DNA of 62,416 nucleotides, filler included, from Aduncisulcus paluster (lineage: Eukaryota): the NCBI GenBank assembly GCA_024181965.1. It is 3 parts of 3 records of this genome, joined end to end, with 100 filler letters (N's around TTAATTAATTAA, not from the genome) between each part and the next. Parts side by side here need not be neighbours in the genome. Positions count along the whole stretch, not along the records: positions 1 to 22,818 come from BQXS01010830.1; 2 more parts are not named here. One strand, written 5' to 3'. Position numbers and translations under genes: made by a program. This document shows positions 1-10,100 of the stretch, in pieces; positions within the stretch are counted from its first letter, which is position 1; the number at the start of each line of letters is the position of its first letter. The notes under the pieces were generated by a model. It searched no databases, was not told where the DNA came from, and was given only the letters and a program-made list of their open reading frames with translations.

Positions 1-683
1 AGAGCAAATGCAAATATAAATGATAATCTTTACAAGATAACGGATGTATAAAGGGATCGGTGGATCACAAATATAACGGAGCTTGCGAGTCTTGCAACAA
101 AACACGACTTGTAACAGCCATTTTGTTCCAAGGCGGCAAGGAACAATGGTATGCCTGCTCATGTGGAATAAAAGAGGGTGAGCCGCATAATGGGGTGTTT
201 ATTGTTCATTTCGTGAGGGTGGTGTGCAAAGGGAAAGAGAACATCGGCAAGATTGTCCAAAAGTGTCCACAGCTAGCCAGAATGGGGTGGCATGGACAGA
301 CGGATATGCATGGAGACATGCCAAGCATGTATGCAAAACAGATGAAATGGGATAAAAGATCGTATTGCAAAATAGTGGTGTTGAAGGTGGGGAAATTTTT
401 GATCATCAAAACTCCAGTTTAGAAGGCCAGAAACAGGGGAGAGTTTATTTGAAAAGCTTGGGATGTCCGTACATCAAGTTTCAAATAGAGAGACGAAAGA
501 AGGATGAGGGAAAACGGGGGAGAAAAGAATGGAACTTAACTTCCACATTCACTTCCGGAGAAGACTGGAATTGCCCCAACTGAAGTCGATTTGAGGAGAT
601 GGCTTGGAATGATCATCTGGAGAGCCTTGGAAAGAGCTTTTTAAAGATATATCTCATGATGAAACTTAAACAAAATGATTCGC

Positions 684-3566
684 TTATTTTTTCAGGAATC
701 GATTCAAAAGTCTCTGAAATAATCCTTTTGCCTTTGATTTCTTCTTGGTAATCCCCAAATTGATGGGAATATCCATTCCGACTCCAATTCCGATTGTTGG
801 AGATGGAAACAGTTCAGATATTCCATTTAGTGGCATTTTGCTTGTTGATAATGGCTTAGATGGGGAGAAAAACGATTTAGGAGAGGCTTTTTCAATGTCA
901 AAGAAGGAAGCTGAGAAAGGAACAAAGGCTTTGACTGATATTGATAAATGATTATAGATATCCTCCCCTATTTCTTCCTTTTCCATTTTGTTTCTTCTCA
1001 ATTCTTCAATATTTTGGTCAATTATTTTTCTTTCCTTCCTTCTTTTTTCTTCACATGTTTTCCATGAATGGCTAAACTGAATATACGGTGAAATTCCACA
1101 AGTAGAATTAAATAAATATTGACTGAAACCAAGAACAGATCTCTTACTTTCATTGACGATATCATCAACATTGTTCTGATAGATACAATCAACTCCCAGA
1201 GAGAGAACTCGAGAAGAACTCATCTTATTGGGGGAAGAGGAAGAGGGATCATTTCTATTTTTAGCCTCTACTGTCCTATTTTTAGAATCTAAAGAAGAAT
1301 CATCATTAACACTGATATCTGGAGATTGGTGGAAATGGAAATTCATATGAGAGCCAACACCATAATGAACGCATCTATTTTTATATCGTGAGAAAGTTGA
1401 ATCTCCCTTTACAATCCAATCTACCACCATAGATTGTTTTTTTGTTCTAAATTTATGATGTAAAGCCGAGTTTATGGAGACAAATTCATTTTTGTATTCG
1501 ATTCTTGGATCATCTCTCGATGGAGGTGTTGTTCTTGCTCCGATAATAGTTCGCACTGAATATATACTTGGATTACTTGGATCTAAAAATAGAAAGGATT
1601 CTCGGTTTGTCCTTGTTATCTGAGTTGAGAAAGAGCAAGGAAATTCATATATCATTGGATCAGAGAAGGAAGACGATGGAAGGGACAGAATCCTGGGAGC
1701 TATTTGGCAAGTATTATTGGAATTATACGACTTATTGGAATTATTGTTAATACCCATTTTGTTGAATAAGGGTGAAGCTTTACGTTTTCCAAGACCAATG
1801 TTAAAGGAAAGGATCTGTGACAACCGGAAACTATCGTCTTGAACCGGTGCTTCCGGGAAAGGAAATTCACCAAGCTTTAAGGCTAATTCTAAAGGTTGGA
1901 ATGCAAAGGAGAATCCCAAATCACAGTTAAATCTTGGAATCTTTGCAATATTTTTGGTATTTGTATTTGTAATCATTTCATCTTGATGGATTTTATCGCT
2001 TGCAGTTGCAGTTGATGGAGAATGTAATTCGGATTGTTTGGATGAAGAATTTGTATTAGTACAAAACATAAATGGATATGGATGGAAAGAATAAGCTTTT
2101 GAAAAAGGAACCAAAATATCATTCTTTCCATGTTGAGACTTTGACATTCCTTTCATCCTATCTTTCTTCTTCCTTCCAAGGATACGAACACCATACTTCA
2201 GATGAGAAGAGGATTGAAACCTAAGTCCAAAGGGATATAATTGCTTGAATCGTAATTCTAACCCACGAAGACTATTATTTTGGCCTGGAGATGAACTTGT
2301 GGCGGATTGGAACAACTCGACTAATACTTCCAAGATTTCTTTCGCATCCATTTCTTTATGATGTCTCCTATCTCGAGAAGAGGAAGAAGAGGAAGAAGAG
2401 GAAGAAGTGGTATAAACATGAGTCGAAGGAGAAGAATCAGAGGGAGAAAACATAAAGGATTTGAAGAGACGAGAATGACGACCCCACATGGCAACAACAT
2501 CTCGAACACATCTAAAAATAGAAGATACATGATCTAAATTTAGTTTTTGAGAAGATGATAGTTTAAACATTGTGTTTCGAGTATGAAATGCAACGTTTGT
2601 CCCCATTTCAAGGTTGAGAGTGGATGAATGAAACCGATCAAAATGAGGCGGCTTTACAAGCCTGAAATACGAAGCCACATGATCTTTCATTCCCTTTAGT
2701 TGTTCCATTGTTGTTTTTTTGTCCTTCTTTGACCGTTTGTCCTGATGGAGCAAGGTACTAACGAACCGATCTCGATAATGCAATGGACGTTTTGCAAAAG
2801 AAGGATTAACAATTGGACAGAGAGTTCTTGAGAAATCAGCGAATGTATTGCGACAGTGAATGCATGTCTCAACGGAAACAGGATCGCCAGCATCGAAAGC
2901 ATACAAGAGATATGAGTGTTCTTTGGAGGAAGGACATGACGATATCAGTGTCTCACGAGGAATAAAATACTTCTCAGTGAAGGTATAAAAGGGACCATTC
3001 ATTATTCGGCGAGGTTTTCTGGATTGATGAGATAGATAAGAATGAGTAATAATTTTTTGGTCAAGGAAAACTCGTTGGGAGGGTGATGAAACATAAAATT
3101 GTGGTTTGGGATCTCCATAATAAGGGTGAAATCGATTTACAAAGCCACTCTCTCTTAATTTGGTTGAGAAATGATGTTTTGAACATCTTAAGAAAGTTTG
3201 ATCGCACTCACCACGTGCAGAATAATCGGAAAACATTGGTAAATGTGACATATTATGTAATATAGACTTTGTTTTTGATGGAATTTCTGAAATAATGTCG
3301 TCAATATTATCTTGGAAAGAAGAAGCTATACGTTCATGATTTGGAGCATTCTGTTGGGGAATATCTGATAATTTGGGTAATATTTGTTCGAATGGAAATT
3401 TATGTTCGAATGAAACTCTATATTTGTTGGAAAATTCTTTTTTTCGCTTTTTTGTTTTGGAAATGATTTTGTGAGAGATTAAATCAATAGATGGCTCAGT
3501 TAGCAATGTATCATCAAGTAAATCATTATGATAATCATGGAATGTATTACAAAAATAACTGTCCAT
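684..3566 (-). CDS. 960-aa protein, candidate highly divergent Omp85/Sam50-family outer-membrane beta-barrel
   Basis: Intact ATG..TAA ORF. The C-terminal half has alternating hydrophobic beta-strand segments. FLFLDPSNPSIYSVRTIIG resembles the Omp85 loop-6 FYLGG..SVRGF motif, and the last strands (STCGISPYIQF / LSISVKAFVPF / PTIGIGVGMDI) resemble the Sam50 terminal strands and beta-signal. The ORF is secure; the family is tentative. Confidence 0.45.
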   Translation of the reverse strand: MDSYFCNTFHDYHNDLLDDTLLTEPSIDLISHKIISKTKKRKKEFSNKYRVSFEHKFPFEQILPKLSDIPQQNAPNHERIASSFQDNIDDIISEIPSKTKSILHNMSHLPMFSDYSARGECDQTFLRCSKHHFSTKLRESGFVNRFHPYYGDPKPQFYVSSPSQRVFLDQKIITHSYLSHQSRKPRRIMNGPFYTFTEKYFIPRETLISSCPSSKEHSYLLYAFDAGDPVSVETCIHCRNTFADFSRTLCPIVNPSFAKRPLHYRDRFVSTLLHQDKRSKKDKKTTMEQLKGMKDHVASYFRLVKPPHFDRFHSSTLNLEMGTNVAFHTRNTMFKLSSSQKLNLDHVSSIFRCVRDVVAMWGRHSRLFKSFMFSPSDSSPSTHVYTTSSSSSSSSSSRDRRHHKEMDAKEILEVLVELFQSATSSSPGQNNSLRGLELRFKQLYPFGLRFQSSSHLKYGVRILGRKKKDRMKGMSKSQHGKNDILVPFSKAYSFHPYPFMFCTNTNSSSKQSELHSPSTATASDKIHQDEMITNTNTKNIAKIPRFNCDLGFSFAFQPLELALKLGEFPFPEAPVQDDSFRLSQILSFNIGLGKRKASPLFNKMGINNNSNKSYNSNNTCQIAPRILSLPSSSFSDPMIYEFPCSFSTQITRTNRESFLFLDPSNPSIYSVRTIIGARTTPPSRDDPRIEYKNEFVSINSALHHKFRTKKQSMVVDWIVKGDSTFSRYKNRCVHYGVGSHMNFHFHQSPDISVNDDSSLDSKNRTVEAKNRNDPSSSSPNKMSSSRVLSLGVDCIYQNNVDDIVNESKRSVLGFSQYLFNSTCGISPYIQFSHSWKTCEEKRRKERKIIDQNIEELRRNKMEKEEIGEDIYNHLSISVKAFVPFSASFFDIEKASPKSFFSPSKPLSTSKMPLNGISELFPSPTIGIGVGMDIPINLGITKKKSKAKGLFQRLLNRFLKK

Positions 3567-3919
3567 TCTTAATCATCGAAGAAAAGACGACAACTTGTTT
3601 CTATATGAAAATGATTATTAAATAAAGATATTAAGGAGTAGAATTGGCGTAAAAGTGGCTATAATTAAATAATTTGAATATAAAAAATAAATAAAATATC
3701 TTATCAACGAGTGACAATTTATTGAACTTGAATTGTTTCAAAGGTGGGAGATTACTTTAATAAGTACAAAGTAACCTTTCAACTTCCATGAAACAATATT
3801 ATTAACGATTATGATAAGAATATAATGGAGCAAGAGAATGATACTTTATATTTTCATCGAAAACAATCAATTTCTTTCTCATCTTCTTTATCATCTTGAA
3901 TATCTATATTTATATAAAC

Positions 3920-5635
3920 TTATTCCTCAAAGAATTCCTTATAGACACTTCCTCCAGGCAAGAACTCCCTCAAAACACATCTTTCGGGCACAAACTCGGC
4001 GGGAACAGAAGCAAAGTGATCGAGGGCAGAAATGAGCTCCCGGGCAGTTCCATATGTGGGATCAGTGACTGGAATGGCACGGAGGAGAGGAATGGCAAAG
4101 ACTTTCATGACACACATCTCATAATCCAGGGCAGTGTTGATGACGACTTGAGCCGAATCAATCTTGGAAAAGATGTGACGTTTCTCAGCACGCCTGACAT
4201 CAGGCCACATCTTGATGGTACCGCTGGCCGGAGTGCCTCTGAACAGTGCATCGCGACAGATTCTACGAATAAGACGTACATCCATGGGACTCATGATCCT
4301 ACGGTCAACCACAGTGAGAGGACACACAAAGAGCTTGATTTTCATGGCTGGGGGGATGTGAGAGGAACAACGGTCATCATGGGAGTTGATACCCTCAATA
4401 AAGATGACTCCTTTTGGAGGGAGTTTAAGCTTGAATCCCTTCTCATCCCTTTTCCCGGTTCTAAAGTTAAATATGGGAATCTCAACCTCTTCTCCGTCAA
4501 TAAGTTGCTTCATCTGGTGGTTGAGAAGCTCATGATCGAGGGCTTCGACGACCTCAAAGTTGTGGTTACCTTTCTCATCACGGGGGGACCTAGGATCATC
4601 GTGGTCGAGATAATAGTTATCAAGGGAGATGAGAACAGGCTTGAGACCGTAACTCTTCAGGAACACAGAGATCTTCTGGGCTGAAGTGGTTTTTCCGCTT
4701 GAACTGGGACCGGCAAGACAGATGAGACGCTTGTTGTGTTTGGCGACAGATTCGGCAGCGGCAGCATACTGTCTGTCATGCTTAGCCTCAGAAATGTGGA
4801 TGAACTCCTTCACCCTGTGTTCGTGGACAGCCTTGTTGAGGTAACCGACACCGAGAATGCCCATAGTCTTGCACCAGAGACGGTGTTCCTTGTATGTAGC
4901 AACAAGGTTAGGTCTGGGGGAGAAGTCCATGAGCTTGGTGGGATCAGAAGATCCGGGATACTGGACAGTGAACCCCAATTCGTTCTTCCGGCATTTGAAA
5001 ACATCCATGAGACCAAGAGTTGGGAGAACGGGACCTAACCATAATTGTCTGAAGTTGGTACCACATTTGGGGCAAAGACATTGAGAAAATGAGACGGTAG
5101 GGTTGTTGGTTTCAGCAATAATCTCAACAGAACGGGGCATCTTAGCTTTCTCCAAATAAGCAACAGCAGAGGAAAATGGCAAGTAAGAACGGGTAACAGG
5201 GAGATTAAGACCAACCAACATCTTCATGGCATCCTCAATCTTCTTAATATCATCCTCAGAGACGGAATCTTCACCATCAAAATAGAAAATGTGGGCACGA
5301 GACATAGTGTGAGACTGGATAAGAATTCGGTCTGGGAAAATGGAACGTGAAGCCATTTCAACCAAAAAGGCAAGGGAACGACGGTAAATGACAGCACCAA
5401 GGACAGAATCACCATAAATGGGATCTACATTACAATCATGTTGAATAGATTCCATGAGGGAAGTAACTTGGTTGTTTACAAAGGCTCCGTAAACAGGAAC
5501 AGGTTTGCCATCGACTTCCTTGGCGGGGAATTCCTTGGCGACAAAATCACTAAGTAGAGTTCCAACGGGAACTGTTACAGCCTTGTCAGAGGATATGTTA
5601 ACTTTAACGGTTGGAATAACTGCGGTTTCTTCCAT
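3920..5635 (-). CDS. Uridine/nucleoside kinase with N-terminal threonyl-tRNA-synthetase-like (TGS + editing-like) region, bacterial type
   Basis: P-loop AGPSSSGKTT, ISLDNYY, NFEVVEALD, IFIEGIN, RLIRRICRDALFRG, WPDVRRAEKRHIF and C-terminal LREFL are diagnostic of the uridine kinase family. The N-terminus (GAFVNNQVTSL, IYRRSLAFLVEMA) is ThrRS-N-like. Confidence 0.92.
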   Translation of the reverse strand: MEETAVIPTVKVNISSDKAVTVPVGTLLSDFVAKEFPAKEVDGKPVPVYGAFVNNQVTSLMESIQHDCNVDPIYGDSVLGAVIYRRSLAFLVEMASRSIFPDRILIQSHTMSRAHIFYFDGEDSVSEDDIKKIEDAMKMLVGLNLPVTRSYLPFSSAVAYLEKAKMPRSVEIIAETNNPTVSFSQCLCPKCGTNFRQLWLGPVLPTLGLMDVFKCRKNELGFTVQYPGSSDPTKLMDFSPRPNLVATYKEHRLWCKTMGILGVGYLNKAVHEHRVKEFIHISEAKHDRQYAAAAESVAKHNKRLICLAGPSSSGKTTSAQKISVFLKSYGLKPVLISLDNYYLDHDDPRSPRDEKGNHNFEVVEALDHELLNHQMKQLIDGEEVEIPIFNFRTGKRDEKGFKLKLPPKGVIFIEGINSHDDRCSSHIPPAMKIKLFVCPLTVVDRRIMSPMDVRLIRRICRDALFRGTPASGTIKMWPDVRRAEKRHIFSKIDSAQVVINTALDYEMCVMKVFAIPLLRAIPVTDPTYGTARELISALDHFASVPAEFVPERCVLREFLPGGSVYKEFFEE

Positions 5636-6310
5636 ATGAATGCAAGTTTTGCTTTCAAATTGGGCTTTGACTTTCTTGGTATTTTTTTGAGTGGATCAAT
5701 CTCGTTTACACTCGCCATTCAAACATTTATTTTAAATTTTTCTCTTTTTTTGAGTATGATTTGATGGAATTCTATTTATTCTTCTCTTATGAATTCATGT
5801 AAACAAAAGGTTTTTGACATTTTTGTATTTGGTCCATTATCGACTCTTCTATTGAAAAAAATCCAACAAAGATTTTTCACCCTGAAATTTAATATGATTT
5901 TATTTGGAATACCATTGCTGTTTCCTTATTTTAGAAGTTAAATACTGTTGTGAATACTCTGAGGAGTATAACACTTATGAATGGGCTTTAAGTTTTCCAG
6001 TTGTGTTTGGAGAGATATTTAAGGGGTTTTAAGGATAAATGATGCAATTTATGTAGGAATTGCAGATTCATTGCATAAAGAATAACTTCTGGCAAAGTCA
6101 TCTTTGTATTTTCTGATAATTCGAAGATGAAGTCTTTAACTTTTCTCTTGTTGTATCCTATTTATTTTAAATGTCATTTGAGCTTGTTCTACCATTTTGC
6201 AAGGACAATATATTATGGTCATGTTTATGATTGACAATGGATTTATGGGAAGGAGGTGATTTTTCAGACTCAAATTAAGTTCAATTCAATGGAATTCGCC
6301 AAGCAAATGA

Positions 6311-6620
6311 AATTTTCTATTTCATCCGAAAGAATCATTCTATTTTTAGAAATTCTATTTTTAGAATTGCAATTTTCTATTCGACGCTATGGGTTGATTA
6401 ATTGTTGATTTTACCCTAAATATTCAAAGAAAGGCTGAATTTTTTTCAATTGTGGATGATATTCCTTTTCTTTTAGATTCTGAACATCCATTCCAACTCC
6501 ACTCCGACAATATCATATATCAGCGTAAATGGATGCAAAACTAAAAAATGAATGAGAATATAACCATAAATACAAATTATTTGGTGGTCATTTCTATTTT
6601 TAGAATATCTATTTTTAGAA
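6311..6620. promoter_or_regulatory. Cluster of four TCTATTTTTAGA (MEF2/MADS-type) sites in two tandem pairs
   Basis: CTATTTTTAG cores at 6340, 6355, 6594 and 6609 (15 bp within pairs, 254 bp between pairs), plus partial AATTTTCTATT copies at 6311 and 6371, in a 1.5-kb intergenic region upstream of the uridine kinase gene. The repeats are seen directly; regulatory function is inferred. Confidence 0.5.
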
Positions 6621-7112
6621 ATGATGAATTGTAAATGACGAAGAAAAGGTTACAACACTCAGAATCGGGGTACTTCAATATATAATCACGTTACTGCAAT
6701 CCTGTTTACACTTTTCTTCCCAGCTTGATGCTTCTCTTTGCTTTCTGGTTGTCTTTCAATTTTTTCTTTCCTCAACTCCTTTTTCACTTAATGGTACAAC
6801 TAATTTCGTCTTGAAAAATGCAATTTGAATTCGAATCTTCCCGTCTATTATCAATATTGAATATTGAATAAATATTCAGGCTTTTTCACATAACACATTA
6901 ATAAACTGTCATAATGTGACGATGACCTCGAATATTTGAGCTCAATTCTTCTAAATTAAAAGAGACCACTCGTGCCAGAATCATTTGATCATAATGTATT
7001 TCGTAGATATCCTCCTCTTCCCAGACTTCATATCTTTAGAAGGGACTCCATTCTATTGTTCTTTCTTGAAACACTTGTTTCCAGAACAATATTTATATTA
7101 ATTTATTTTATT

Positions 7113-10100
7113 TTAGAGCATGAAAAAAGGAGATTGGATCAAATCATGGGCAGATGATCGATTTTGAGGATCAATATGAGTGCAATTGGAAATAATATCG
7201 GGAATTTCGGCAGGTACTCCATCATTAAATTGTGAGAATACAGTTTTGAGCAGTATTCCAAAAGCGTACATGTCACTAGCTGGTGTTGGAAAAGGCTTTG
7301 ATTTTTGTTTAATAGCTTCTTCCAATTCTGGTGCCATAAATTGAGGGGTCCCAACACACATTGTCGCCGAAAACACTCTACTCACCTTTTCACTCTCCTC
7401 GACTGCTCCCTCGAAATCACAGAGTAAACCTTGACCATGCTGATCAATGAGAACATTTTCAGGTTTTACATCGCAGTGAACAAGACCATGGTCATGAATG
7501 AAATCAAGTGCATGAAGCACACAAACCAACACTCTACGTATCTTTGTCAGGTTAGATGGGGAAAGATAAGAGTTCTTGCGTCTCTTGATGTGGCCATCTC
7601 CAGATGCAACTCGTGACCTTGAATGGGTTGCCATCTTCTTCGCCCACCGATTGAGATCACCGCGTTCATAGAATGGGAACACGAGAACTACACTCTCCGC
7701 CTCTTTCAAAGATCCTCTCGAATAAAAACCAACAGTTTCATGGACAGCATCACAGGAATTATCAATATCATCATCACCATCATCATCATTTTCCTCACTG
7801 ACAACATCACTCGAAGAATCGGAGGAAGAGGAATATTTAACTCCACCAGCTTCATTGTCTCTATTTTTAGCAGCTTGAGAAGAACCACCCGATGCATGTT
7901 CCTCATCTCGATCGAATCCTGAATCACCCTTTGAACCAGAGTCGAAGAAAGCAAATTTCAATGGAACGATAAACTTGCACTCATTTCCAACACGGGCAGC
8001 TAGAGTTGATCTCACAAGTCTCCTGTACGATGACCTTGAAGAGACAGCTTCCTTATAAACCTTGAGAACGACAGCCTCGCCCATCCACTTCCCTTGGAAT
8101 ATACATCCCCTGTTTAGGGCAGTATCAGACCCAGCCAGGGGATGTAAGTGCGAGAAAGAAGATAGAGAGAGATGTGGCATTAATGGAATCATACTAACGT
8201 GAGGAGAAGACACTCGACTACATTGATGTGATTGTAACATTCCAGCAATCCCACCTTTAATACTCCCAGTTCTATTATCGATTATGCTCATTGGCACGGC
8301 TGTAGAAGAAGAATCATTACCACTGGTAGTTCTGGATTGGGGAGCACTATCACCAGCATTGTCTCCATGTTCATGTCTCGTGTGATGGGAGGATGGTTGA
8401 GCATCTAAATCGACTCCAATGAAAATACGCTCCATCACAGCTGGAGGTACACGCATTCCTCGCCCAAGATGCCTTGCAACAGCAGTCTGAATATGCAATA
8501 TTTCCTTGTGTTTCAATTGGATATCCTTTCTTTTCTCATCCAATTCAGAATGGAGATTTTTAATATTCTGTTGCAAGACACGGATATTGGTAGTGGGAAC
8601 ACAATCCTCAGATTTAGATTTCGGATGAGATGCTTTCCACTTGCTTTCCATGCGTTTCTGCCACTCTATCTTCCTTTTGTTACTCATAATGTCATATTTA
8701 CACACATCTACTCTTGCGATGGCCTCTTGGATGGCTGTTTGGAGATGATCCAACTTTCCAATGCAATTCTCAGCCACTGAGGCATCGTCAATCCAGAGCT
8801 TTATGCGGTCAGAATGAACATAAAGAAGTCTATTGAAACGATTGAATGCTCTGTCTAGGTAAAATGATGATATCTGAACAAGTGAAATGGAATACAGGGT
8901 AAATAAACATAAAGATAGCGTCAGATATGGTAAATGAGATTCTAGCATGGAAATAGATTGAGAATCATCGCCTAAATGATCGAAATGAGAAGTATTAAAT
9001 AACTTGGATATTAACAGTGTTGAAGAACAATCATCAATTTCAGGCCCTGGGATAAGGGTTGGGTTTGATACCAATGGGGATATGCTACTGGGCATTAAAG
9101 AGGAGGATGTGGGCAACATAGACTTTCTTCTCACCATTGTGTTTCGAAGGTTAAAAATAACAGCCATTTTAGAGGATATTAAAGATATAACATCGCTATT
9201 CTTGTTGGTTAATTTCACACCCTCCCTGAATGTGGAATGAGAGAAAAATGACACAATCCAATGAATAAAAGATATGGTTTCATTTTCTTCAGCAATACAC
9301 TTATCAAGCACCTTCAATTGTTCAACAATACCCTGAATATCATCATCAATCGAACTTGAACTCTCCTCAGAATCCTCCTCCTCACTGCCATCAGAACCAA
9401 ATACACTCATATATTGACCATATGCATCCATATTGCCACCAAATGTAGGTGCATTATGTCCATTTGTTGGAACAGATGCAGCATCAGTGCTTGAATAAGC
9501 ACCACGATCTTTTCCACTTAGCATTCCTATAAGGCTTTCTTTAGCATGCCTTGTTTTCCGGCGTTGTTTCTTAAGCATCTCCAGGCTTTGATCAGACATA
9601 TATGATAGAAGAGAAGAACACATGTCAAACAAAACAGTCGCCAGAGACATATGGAATGAGTGAATATCGAATAGCGGTGAGAGATATGATGTATGTGTCA
9701 CAGAATGTGCGTGTTGATGATGATCGGTTGAAGCTGGAACAAACAAAGAAGATGCTGGTTGGTCTCTGTGAGTTTGAGGAGAAGAGTAGAAATTGGGATA
9801 GGAAATAATCTTTGTAAACGGTTTCACAAAGAAAGGAGATAGATCATCATCTTGAAATATTTCTTTTGAATGAATATACCTTGAATAATTATTCCCAGAA
9901 CTTTTATCCTTTCTTTCATATTTCGATGATTTACCAGTAGAATTCTTATTTGAAGAAGAATATTGAGATTTCTGCTCCCGTTTCCCATTCCTCTCTCCTC
10001 TTCCTTCACTCTTTCGTTTCTTTCTCATCATTACTTTCTGCTGCATTTTTGAGGAATAATAACTCTGACGATGCCGCTGCCCAATGTCATCAGGTCGAGG

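Noticed and set aside
1-680. Coding-like GC content with short ORFs (60-422, 206-409, 365-583)
   Set aside because: All six frames are interrupted by stops and no motif is recognisable; it may be a decayed or spliced gene but no call can be supported.
3896-4684. 262-aa + strand ORF
   Set aside because: Antisense shadow of the uridine kinase CDS.
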